Source: Lepidodermella squamata
Lineage: Eukaryota; Animalia; Gastrotricha
Direction of reading: 5' to 3'
DNA: 64,000 nucleotides
Assembly: GCA_047495785.1 (NCBI GenBank)
Contig: JBLDXI010000021.1
Coordinates: 1,116,001 to 1,180,000 of the forward strand
In this document: one piece after another, positions 1 to 10,908 of the stretch
Layout: the number at the start of each line of letters is the position of its first letter
Numbering within the stretch: position 1 is the stretch's first letter
Made by a program: the position numbers and the translations under genes
The notes under the pieces: generated by a model
What the model was told of the DNA's origin: nothing
The model's database searches: none
The model's input: the letters and a program-made list of their open reading frames with translations, nothing else

Positions 1-2616
1 TTTTTATAAAATTAAATAAAAACCGGTATTCCAACTTAACAATTCTGTTTTCAAATTTGAGATATGACTCACTTTGAAAAATATCATAGTCGACCCGCTA
101 GATCTTGTGCCGTATTTAATATCAGATTGCTTCGCTAGATCTTCAGCCGAGGAAATTTCGGTTTGCAAACGCTCGATGGTCAAAAACGCGGCTAGATTAG
201 CGGTGTATGAGCTGATAATGATGAGCGTGAAAAACGACCACACGCTGCCGATGATGCGCGTCGAAAAGGCCCGAGGCGCAATGTCACAGCCCTGTTGCAT
301 GAGAGACGATATCGTGAACCACAGCGAGTTGAATAGCGTGAACTGATTTTCAACTATGGCCGGGTTTGGGTCGTGTGGGCACGCGGCTTTACGCACCCAT
401 TCGTAGGGCGTCACCCGGGCGACGATGTACAGAATGACGGAGGTGGCGACGTAGGCGCCTAGAACGTAGATCCAAACAGCGGGTTCAAGCGGGTTCATAA
501 AGCTGAACAAGGTCGGCTTTGTTTGCTTTGGCTTTCGATACAAAATCGATATTCCGAGATTCATATAAGGCGTCGTAAAATCAATCACTTGCTCTCGAAT
601 GTACTAAATAAATTGAATTTTAAATTTCCAAAAAAATCGTGAATATATCGAAATTTTACAGTGATAGTAAGAGGAGCAATCGCGACATCGGCTTTCTAGT
701 AATTAAATTAAATTAATAATTATTTCAGAAAATTCTCAATTTTACCTTTGAAAGAAGTTCTCCAATCATGCCGTTCCACCTCATTGCAGTTGGGTCAACT
801 GGCGCGCCATATTGGCCGTCATCCACCAGTTTCAACTCGTATTTAAAATGTAAAACTTCAGCCAATTTCTCCATCAAATCAACGCAATAGCCTTCAAATC
901 GCGCATTTCCCTCTAGAATTTGACCCGGCTTCGGTTTTCGGAACATGACAAATGGCTCCTCGACAATTGTTGTGACAATGATTGTCTTGTTGCGAAAAAT
1001 CACGTCCGTGTCTTTGCGAGAAGGCGTTGGAACAGTGGCGTATTTTATGCCGCCGTTGTTCGGCAGCCAATCGGCATACCGTTCGGGGCCGCCGTCTTCC
1101 CGATTGACCCGAGTCACCTGCAGGGCGATTCCAGTTCGCCAGCCTCGTTCGTCAACTATCACAGGACCAGTCATGCCAGATAGATCTTCAGTCTAAACGG
1201 GAAAAAATTAGTTAATTTCAGGAAAATTATTCGGAAAAATCACCGTTCGCATGAAGTTGAGCAAATTTTCACCCAGTGCCTTGTAGTAATCCGAATCTTG
1301 ACGGTCACATATAATTGGACCTTTTTAAAAAAATTACTCAGTGGTAAAAAATTCCATAAAATGCGAACTGGTGTCAATTTTTTGTAAACGAGAAAGGTTC
1401 CCGATCGCGCTAGCCATTGATAGAAATCCATCGAATAAAAACATATCGGCAGCCTATAATTATGAGAATTTTCAATGTGAGTATTGTTAAATTATATAAC
1501 CCACCGTCCAGGTCCGTTTTTGCTTAGTTCTAGTAGCCGTGCTGTACGAAGGCTGAATCTGCGCCTTGGCCAACTTATCTTCAACTGTAGCTATGTTTTT
1601 TGTCTGATTCGCAAGCTGCATGTAGGTTATATTAGCGCCGCCGTACCAAAACGCGGCGTAGTCGATCAGGTTGGCATCGAGCGATGTGAAGAGATAGTGG
1701 AAATAAACGTTCAACATGCTAACTTGTTGAGCTTGTTGCAAGAAATGAGTGATTGTTGCTGCTCGACAATCGATTATAAATCGCGAAACGCCACTTTCAC
1801 GCAAATCCTTGAGCAACGGCCTGTAATCGACTGATCCGGGTTGAGAAGGCCGCAATTGGCGAAGAAAAATGCTGAAAAATCAGGATAAGCCAAGCTTTTA
1901 AGCTGGATTCAAAATTTACTTATAAATTGGCCCATTCGGCAAGGGTTCAGAAACGTAGGCCTTGCCAGAAGGGGATAAAGCAGCGGCTTGGCTTTCCATC
2001 AGAAATTCCGTGATTCTCGGCCTGCCAAGATGAAGCAACGTCTGTAAGTAAGCCAGAGCTGGAAAATAAATTAAATATAAAAGAAAATCGTCATTAAAAG
2101 GTGACATTTCAAACCATTTGGATCCTCGTAGATTATAGTGAATGACGTCCATTTTTCCGCTATTATAAAGTCTTCTATCGCCGTTGAAATGAATTCGTGC
2201 CTCGGTCTGATGACCACGCTTGTCGAATCACTTGTCTGTATCGACTGTACCGATGATTTCCTTAGATAAGTCGCTTCCTCAAGCATTGCAACCGGATCGT
2301 TGTAGACAGATGTTGGCAGCATAGCTAGTACGCCGTATTTACTCGCTACAGCTGATACTAACGGGCCCATACTCGCTAGAGGAGGGGCGACTAGGGCAAC
2401 AACGCCCTGGCTGAGTAGGGTGCATGATTTTTCGAAGAGATTCGTGAAAGTTACACCGGTTTCGTAGACCGGAACGATAGTTACCCGGCCGGAGACTTGC
2501 GTAGCCCGGGCGAAGAGTAGGGCGAGGTCTAACACTTCGGCTATCGAGCCATTGCGGGCGTTTAACATATCAAATGGCTCATTGATGGCTGCAGAAGGAT
2601 GCTCAAGAAGAACACC
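1..2616 (-). CDS. Ionotropic glutamate receptor, AMPA/kainate type (multi-exon; 3' end beyond window, first exon not located)
   Basis: Spliced exons including 746-1192, 660-695 and 73-603 give the S1 motif APLTITYIREQVIDFT, M2 SLMQQGCD, M3 SYTANLAAFLT and S2 start KYGT..SGST. Upstream exons (about 1240-2616) encode an N-terminal LIVBP-like domain. GT-AG introns of about 50-56 bp. Confidence 0.93.
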
Positions 2617-4486
2617 TGTGATTTTAACAATGAGTAAGGTTTTAATATTTGCAACCCCAAAATTGACGTTCCTCGATGATAAAAAAATCGAGATATTTCG
2701 GGAAATTCTAATTGCGCTTTCGCCCCAAATGTAGACTTGGAACCCTAAATTTAGGCAGAACCAGGGAGAACGTTCACTTGGCGCATCAAAAAATGACTGA
2801 TCGCAAGCTGCTAGTAGAATTTTTCAGTTCAAGCAAACAAGCCGAGACTAACAATTTTGACCTTCAAAATTCCCTCCTTTTAATTAAATTTAATCCTTCC
2901 TTTTAATTTAATGTTTCTTAAAATTTGTCCACTTCAATTTTGCCCACACTTCTTTAACTTGTCGGCCTATTCTTCCTTTCGGAGGAAAAAATTCAAGAAA
3001 AATGTTGCAAAAATCACTGGCCAACTAAGGTACTAGTCTATTTATTTTGGTTTTCCAAATTAGATTCTATTATCGATTGGTGATTTTTGGATCTCCAGAA
3101 ACCCGAAAACACCCTCTGATTTCCTCCTCCAGGTGGAATCCTCCCAAAATATGTACAAGGCAACCTAAACCTAGTAAATGATTAAATGGAAATGCAACTT
3201 TAATTGGCAACTATACCAGGTACGGTAAAAAATGGGAGTTTCCAGGTAGAATTTGGTATAGTACCGGTCTAGTACCAGTGTTGTCCACCCGACTCAAATC
3301 AGATGTTGATGGAAAAAGGGACACAGCCAGCTAGTATAAAAATTTTACCATAATAGGCAGCAAGATTGTTCCTTATTAAACCTTGATGTTACGGGTAGCC
3401 CTTAGCGATTATTTTGAAAAATTCTATATATCTTAATAGAGCACAAATGACTCAGGCTTTGTACCGGTGTCGTTAATTTTTTTACCTGAAGTTACCGTTT
3501 TTTTAGAATTTTCTTTGGAAATTTACGCTAGAAGTGGACAACATTTTACTCCTGTACGTTATTGCAGCTGAAAGGATGGAAAATTTACCGATTTTTGCGA
3601 TTTCTTGACTTGTACCATGTTGGAAAAAAATAAACATAAAGAGAAGTTGTTGCAACATTGCTGAATGAGCAATCAGTCAATTTAGGCAGCCATAATCTAT
3701 CGAAAACAAATAATGATAGAAAAGCATAACGAAGCAAGGATACGCATCTGTGCATTTTCTTCATCTCTATACTGATAAAACGCCTCGATATAGGCCCCAT
3801 TAATGCTAATAATAGCGGCGGCGAGCAATCATCGCAATAGTTTTTCGCGATAGGCCTTCAGGCGAGAAGAATATGCGTGTTTTCAATTATTATAGTACCT
3901 GCTCTATATAAATCGCCTCAAGTTAACCTTGACGATTTATCTGCGTGGGGGTGAGCAATTTGCCTAAAAATACTCAACAGCCAGTGGTTATAATTCGTAT
4001 TATCTGTTTGCTTAAGCGTATTGCCCGTTATAATATACGAATTCTTATGCATTACGGCAGGTTACTCGCGGAACATAAATGTGCTTTGAACTGGTATTCA
4101 CCACAGTCTTCTATTAGATCGAGAAGTTTTGCCTGGGAGGTTACTGTGTAAAATAAATAAATAAATAAAACCTTTTCAAAAGCTCAGACCTATATCGGCG
4201 ATTAAAATACGGAAGTGGGTTAAGTGGTTTTATTGGATTGATTTGTCAACTGTGAGACATCAACGATAATTCCTATAAGCGGCATCAAGCAGCTATAATT
4301 TTCTAACTAAAAAAACAACAAAAAACTGTCATAACTTGGTGGAAATTATTACGTCCCTCCTGACATTTATTTATTAAAATATTGCATACAATTTTTTTTA
4401 CTAAATCGAGGATTTCGAATCTACATCAGAGATTAATTCATTATATATTAGGTCATTCGTGCGAAACCGCTGTAATCGTCGAAGAT

Positions 4487-4822
4487 CTAAGGGCCCATAG
4501 TGCTCATCGCCTCAGTGGTCATATCCGTGGTAGTCATTTCTTCGGTAGTGGTCATGTCTGTGGTCGTCATTTCCTCAGTGGTAGTCATATCGGTGGTGGT
4601 CATTTCCTCAGTAGTGGTCATGTCCGTAGTGGTCATTTCTTCAGTCGTTGTCATATCTGTCGTAGTCATTTCCTCCGTCGTTGTTGCGTCGGTTGTTGTC
4701 ATTTCTTCGGTAGTTAAATCCGTGGTGGTCCAGCTATCAGTTGTTGTTTCAGTGAATTCATCATCCGAGATGACAAACGCCACTATCGAAGCGACGAAAA
4801 TGCAAGTGGTGATAAATCGCAT
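4487..4822 (-). CDS. Small secreted Thr-rich acidic repeat protein (mucin-like)
   Basis: Signal peptide MRFITTCIFVASIVAFVIS, then five exact TTTEEMTTTDM units plus degenerate flanking units; the DNA repeats differ at synonymous sites. Confidence 0.8.
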   Translation of the reverse strand: MRFITTCIFVASIVAFVISDDEFTETTTDSWTTTDLTTEEMTTTDATTTEEMTTTDMTTTEEMTTTDMTTTEEMTTTDMTTTEEMTTTDMTTTEEMTTTDMTTEAMSTMGP

Positions 4823-5441
4823 TTTTATTAAGGAGGATTTTCCAATGTTCGAGGTTTAAAAAGTGCAAAGTGGCACTTCTCCGCAGTATCAGCCCCAAAC
4901 GCGCCTCCGCTCTCACCTCTATTTCTGTTTTTTTTCGGAATGTCAATTTGAGAGCGTGTTACGCAGAGTATCAGTGTTAAGGTGCCATGGTGTGATCCAA
5001 TTAATTAAAATATTCAATTAACCTGAGTGTACACACTCGCCTTGGTCATGCGGACAGGAGCAAAAAAACCGCGCATGGACGGTATGACGCGTGTTAAATT
5101 GTTGGTGCGACCAAGCACTGAAATGTCTAATCGAAATGTGAACCCATTTTACATTATTTGACCTGTCAGAAAAGAAAAAAATCCCTTCAAAAGTGCTGTG
5201 TTAAGGATGATATCGAAATCTCCAAACTCTGAAGCGCGACAAGAAATGCGATTTCTGACCCGAATCTCGGTCAAAAATTGCACTTATTCATTCCTTCAAG
5301 CGAAGGCCAGATTCATCGCTATTGATTAAAATGCGGTATGGACCTATTGAGTAGTGAATGCGGGCGCAATGTGTCCTTGTAACTAAGTGCAAGCAAGACC
5401 GCACATAAAAAATTCTTCTCGAAAAATAACTCGGCTAAAAT

Positions 5442-6395
5442 ATGCCTTACAAATCCGAAGAAGAGGTTTGAGCCTAATTTCAAAATTAAAATCGTAAAAA
5501 TTATGAGCGATTTTTCAGCTGGAGGAGATGCGGAAGCGGCTGCATGATATCGTGTGGCCTATGCTCAGCGATTTCGATAACACCACCCACTGGTCACACA
5601 AGGCTGGGCATGACCGGGAGAAGACCGGTATCGTTTACAAGGGACATCACGATAAAATAGGCACCACATGGAAAACTGAAGTAAGCCAAGTTTGAAACCA
5701 GCATAACTCAGCTTTAAATCCTTAATTGTTCAGGTTATAATCGACATTACTCCAGACCAATATGTAGATCACATTGTATTGGCTAATGACATGACATGGG
5801 TTCCGAATCTCAGCGAAGTAAGGGTGATAGAAAAAGGCCCAAACTGGTTCGTAACCTATTCGCATACTGAAAAATCAGGACCTATATCAGCCAGGTGGGT
5901 GAAATAATTGATTACAAAATTCCAAAACACCGCGACCTCGTTTCTAGGGACTTTGTTAGCGTCAACTTCATCTATCCTCCTACGAAAGATGGCTCAAGAT
6001 TGATAACTAACATGGCAACAGAACACCCTAATGCTCCTCCGATTACGAAACATTTTGTCAGGTAAAATTATATTTCTTCAATACAGCTTTTATTCAGTTC
6101 CTTGTAGAGGTGAATATCTACCTTCCGCCTGTTACCTAGTGCCTCATCCCGATGACCCGAGCAGGACGATTATGTACTGGATAAGTAACGTTGACACCAA
6201 GGTATAGTCCCAACCTGGATGAAAGCTGATTTAATATCGAAAATTTGTTTTGATTAGGGCTTCATTCCAAGGAGTGTTGTTCACATGGCATTTTCGTCAT
6301 TTATGATTCATTACGGCGAGGCGGTAATTGCCAAATCGAGGCAGATAGCTGAATCTACCAAATCATCAGCTAATTCGAACACGCTCCATAATTAA
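5442..6395 (+). CDS. START-domain lipid-transfer protein (STARD4/5/6-like), paralogue 1, 6 exons
   Basis: Hand-spliced: MPYKSEEE|LEEMRKRL..WKTE|VIIDI..GPISAR|DFVSV..EHPNAPP..FVR|GEYLP..NVDTK|GFIPRSVV. START motifs RDFV, HP..P, VRG and D.KG.IP are present. Absent from the ORF track because the exons are short. Confidence 0.88.
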
Positions 6396-6759
6396 TACAT
6401 GAATAAATTTAAAATTTGAAATAATTTTGTTTGTGTTGGTATTTTTTTCATTAAAGCTTGATCCAGATTTTTTTTAGTCTTCAGTCTTAAACAGTTTTTA
6501 TTGATCTTACACATCATGGTTCTTTCAATGAGAGCAGAAAAAACAGTAATACATAGGTATAAAATATTATTGGCGTCTAGTGCTCGCGTGTTATAGATTT
6601 TTTTCTGTCCAGTTCTCATTTTTGCCCTGCTTATGAGCATTTTAGGCTATAATAGCCGCTTGTGAGAGGTATTCTACACTTCGTTTTCTGTCCAGGAGGT
6701 CAACTTTGTTCCTTATCCAGGCTTGGATTTGCAGAAATTTGCTAAAATTATACTTGAAA

Positions 6760-7174
6760 ATGTAGGCGGCCAAAATTTCAGAATTGTTGGCTAAATTGTT
6801 GGCTTTTCTCGTTTCAGGACTACTATTAATTACGATCAACTCAAAAAGCTGATGGACTCTGGAAAAACTGTCATTGTCGACGTTCGAGAAGCTCAGGAGC
6901 TACAATCCGATGGCAAGATTCCCATCTCCATTCATTTGCCACGTGTGTCTCCAAACTAATTTTAATCTGAGTCATGAACAAAGTTTTGTTTTCAGTTGGA
7001 GACATCAATAATTTCGCATCAAAGGTTCAATGCGCCAAAACTGATAATGTCGTGTTTTACTGCCGTTCCGGAGGCCGTGCTGGAAAAGCAGCAGGCCAAG
7101 TCGCTGCCATGGGCTACTCGAAAGTTTTCGTTTTCCCAGGAGGGGTCGCAGAATGGAAGGCTAATCAAAAGTAG
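6760..7174 (+). CDS. Single-domain rhodanese / thiosulfate sulfurtransferase (TSTD1-like)
   Basis: TVIVDVREAQELQSDGKIPISIHLP|LG..VVFYCRSGGRA..GY..V..FPGG..EW; active-site loop CRSGGR intact. The ATG appears split by an intron (AT 6760-61, G 6818). Confidence 0.9.
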
Positions 7175-7433
7175 TAGGAGAGCATACTGACATTGGAACA
7201 AACATAGGAACTTGACGAGAAATGTGATCAGTTAAAATAAAAATTAAGGAAATAAATTTATTCGAGATTTGCTAGCATTCGTTTTGAATAGGTCTCAATG
7301 ATCCCCATTGATATGACTTTGAATGGATTTTTTCACATAAACACAGAGCTTGGGTTTTTTTAGAGAAAAAACAGCCTTTTTGGTCATACTTTCTTGGCAT
7401 AAAATTGTCTTTTACGAATAAATCCCTTTGAAG

Positions 7434-7907
7434 ATGGCCAAGAAGGTAACAGTAAACTGGTGTCCTACATGCAACCGATTAGCTCATGATCCGTATTTAT
7501 GCCCTCATACTTGCCAATACTGCGGGCTCATGTCCTGTCGGGGTCACATTCGCTGCCACGTCTGCGGAAAATTCGACCAGAAACATCCGTTCCACTCGCA
7601 TGTTAAGTGCCTGATTTGCGATCGGCAGGACAACTGTCGCCACATGTCGTGCAAAAAGTGCATCGACCGCGAGGCGGACTGCGGCGAGCACCGGCAGTGC
7701 TGGATTTGCGGCCAAATTGACCCGCCGTTCCAGCACAGCCATTTTGAGTGCCGCATTTGCGGCCGCGTCGACGAAATGTGCCGCCACACGCAGTGCCCTC
7801 ATTGCGGCGAAATCGACGGCGGGCCGGATCACAATTGCCAGCAGCACCAGGAGGCAGGTTGCAACATTCAGTGTAAGGCTTCTATGGCTGTATTTTATTC
7901 AAAATAA
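7434..7907 (+). CDS. Cys/His-rich protein with eight CxxC...(C/H)xH units, putative zinc-finger array, family unassigned
   Basis: Intronless, GC-elevated ORF; CxxC motifs CPTC, CQYC, CHVC, CLIC, CKKC, CWIC, CRIC, CPHC; AATAAA at the stop codon. Confidence 0.72.
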   Translation: MAKKVTVNWCPTCNRLAHDPYLCPHTCQYCGLMSCRGHIRCHVCGKFDQKHPFHSHVKCLICDRQDNCRHMSCKKCIDREADCGEHRQCWICGQIDPPFQHSHFECRICGRVDEMCRHTQCPHCGEIDGGPDHNCQQHQEAGCNIQCKASMAVFYSK

Positions 7908-9056
7908 ATGTATTATTATTAAATTATTGGTGCCAGGAATTCAACGCGATCGCACGAAGTTTTTTCATCTTCACTCGAAAAGCAATAAACATCAAATTAT
8001 TATACGCACTGTCCTATATTATTTTCAAAGGCTATTTCTGGACAAATAAAATGCTCACCTGGTCGAGGTCTCTTCAAAAGTAGCCATACAATTGGGCGTG
8101 GCCATTATCGATTTCACAAATCACTGATTTTTCCAATATCTTTGAAGTCTTCGAGGGTACAAGCTCTTTAGAATATGAATATTTAGGGTAATTAGGGTTT
8201 ATTAAATTATCGGTCAAGAATGAAAAAATCGATTCAAGAAACATCGGAAACTTCCGCTAAACGCTCAATTCAGTGCCGGAACCTCAATTTTGTTAGTGCA
8301 ACAATTCATACCCTTAACATTTCAAGATGGGTCGAACTTTTTGGCCCGGCCTTATAATTACGGTACATTAAACATTAAGCTTGCGGGTTTCATGTAAAAA
8401 CATAAAAAGTCTTGAGATCGTTTAATTCATGAATTGAACGAAGATGCACTCGGGTTGGCAGGAAACTAGAAAAGCGTAACAGGTTAATTGACAAATCCTG
8501 TTTTAAATAGCTACAATTATGTCCCCTTTAGCTGGACAATTTCAAAACTTGGCACCAAGCCAAAAAAGCCCCTACCAATTTTTTTCGTTTGCTCGCGAAA
8601 ACAGTTTTTCCCACATTCCCTCATTAATGAACGGCGTCCCTCATTAATCCCTCATTAATTAAGGAATTTATACAAATTAAGATCAATTTTTACTCGAAAG
8701 CAGGTTGGGACATCGATTTTACTGGAAGTGTGACCTTTAGAGTATCGCATCAAAACGGCAGACGCTGTATTGTTACCGTTAAAGAACTGTTCCTGGTTCC
8801 TGCCCAGCTTCATAGAACACAAGAGAGCGCGTGGAGAAAAAACGTGACGAGTTACGAGAGAAGGACCCACATAGCGTGGTCGCGGGTGTAATTAATGTGT
8901 TATTTTCTCGTAATTTGCCAACATGTATCTCAACTCGACTTCTAAATTGACAAATTACAACAACTCCTTAAGTTATGTCTTATTTTTTTGATAAGCCCTG
9001 GTGCAATAGTAATAATGTACTAGTAGCGAGCGAATGAGCTTGGAAACGTATCGTAG

Positions 9057-9575
9057 ATGACCTGCTTTCCAATATTGCGGCTGAATGACCGATTATTTAT
9101 TGCCCTTGCATGTCTGCTGATACCGGTTTCGGCTTGGGTCACCAGTTGTTACTCTTGCACTAATTGCGATGGCTCAGAGAAACCGGCTTCTTGCGCTTCG
9201 ACGACTGGAAATCCGTTCCTACTCAGCTGCTACAAGGCAGTTATCGTCAGCTCAACAAGCAGCGTAAATCAGCAATAAAAAATTTACTAATTTTTATCTA
9301 ATTTATCTAAATTTATTAGGGAGGAAAAAACACGACTATTCATAGGGGTTGCACCTACTACTGCGCGACTGAAACTGCCGATGCTAACTATCAAACCTAT
9401 TGCTGCTCGGTAATAATAGCCGAAATTTTAAGATTTTAAAAATTAAAAAAATTAATTAATATTTCCCTTACAGGCCAACGATTGCAACGCAGGAGATTCC
9501 TCTCGATACGATCCCAGAATTCCGTTCACCTCAGTTGTACTTTCAAGCTTATTGATGATTAATCGCTATGAATAA
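9057..9575 (+). CDS. Ly6/uPAR (three-finger) protein 1, probably GPI-anchored
   Basis: Signal peptide, CYSCTNC..C..CYK|..RGCTYYC..YCCS|ANDCN, hydrophobic tail; 3 exons. Confidence 0.85.
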
Positions 9576-9867
9576 AGGATGAATTTTGAAGTTTGAAGGA
9601 CTCCTTAGCGTCCTGTATGGTAAAGAAAAGCAGGTTTACTTACTTTCTTTGTGTGAAAAAACCTTTTCACACGCGCGTTGTTATGCTTGAAATCAAGAAA
9701 AAGCCGAGTGTAAACAATAAATCAAACCTCCGCAATTTCAAAGCCATTGTTCTTGAACAATTACGAGTTAAATGATTTGATTATTCATTGACTACATAAA
9801 TTTTTGTATTGTCTTGCTTCAACTGCTGCGGTGAAAGATTTGATCCGATATAGGCCACACCCTAACG

Positions 9868-10334
9868 ATGAATTATTGGCAATCAGTCACTTCCAGAAAA
9901 TCGATTTTGACTATTTTGGCAATATTCTGCAGCATTTCGAAGGTAGAAGCTCAGGTACCGGTTGAAAGCTGCTACTACTGCTTCGGATGTTCCGGAGTCG
10001 GGGACAAAATTGCATGCAGAAACGGAACAACAGACGGCGATCCGAGTCTTTACTGCTATAAAACCGTCATCGCGCTATCAACGGTGATTTTTTCAAGGTC
10101 ATCGGCAACCAATTTTGTAATTTTTCATAAAATAAACAGTTTCTAGGAACGGAAATTATCACCAAAGGCTGTACCACAAATTGTACGATGCAGTATGGCA
10201 TATTGACCAGGGTTCACTGCTGCCAGGGCGATAACTGCAATTCAGCTCCGAGAAAGCCATACGTGAAGACTTATAGCCTATTAACAGCCACTACTTTCGT
10301 GATCTTATTATCAACTCATTTTATGCATTCGTGA
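9868..10334 (+). CDS. Ly6/uPAR (three-finger) protein 2, probably GPI-anchored
   Basis: Signal peptide, CYYCFGC..C..CYK|..TKGCTTNC..HCCQGDNCN, hydrophobic tail; 2 exons. Confidence 0.87.
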
Positions 10335-10380
10335 TATAAAACAATTAATTGACTCTTCGATTTTCTTTTATAGATTTTTA

Positions 10381-10908
10381 ATGTCTAACTTATTGTTTAA
10401 AGGGACTGCTGCTGTTTGCCTGCTCGTCGCTGTGGTCCACATTTACCTGCCATTAGTTTCCGGTTTGGTAAGCTGAAAGATGAAAGATGATTTTTTTCTG
10501 AAAAACTTTGAATATAGAAATGCTATACTTGTATCAATTGCCAACCCCAAAATAAACCGCAGAACTGTTCGAAATTCGCCAATGCTTCCTGCATGACGAT
10601 GAGCTTTTTCTTGCCTGACCGAACTGTACATCGCTACTGCACACCTGGCTGCAGTCCAATAAGCAATGGCCTATGTAATTATTTGAAAAAATGATGACTT
10701 ATTTTTCTATCAAATTATTATATTTTCAGATTCGATTGATTGCTGTTTCACCGATTTGTGTAATGCGAGTAAAGCACCGAATCGAAACTTTGTAGCGAAC
10801 CGCAATTTGGTGATGGCAATCGCGATAGTGGCTATTTTGGTAATAGGAACAATTCATTCATCCAAAGCGGAATTTTTACAACCTTTCCATCAGACAATAA
10901 CACGGTGA
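10381..10908 (+). CDS. Ly6/uPAR (three-finger) protein 3
   Basis: MSNLLFKG..LVSGL|KCYTCINC..C..C..RYCTPGC|..DCCFTDLCN, then a hydrophobic segment; 3 exons; not in the ORF track. Confidence 0.85.

Noticed and set aside
290-305. Unusual Q/R site in the glutamate receptor
   Set aside because: Genomic MQQG is the ordinary state; no evidence of editing is visible.
4382-4859. Plus-strand ORFs (VVVISS and SGH repeats)
   Set aside because: Antisense shadows of the Thr-rich repeat gene; only the minus frame has a signal peptide.
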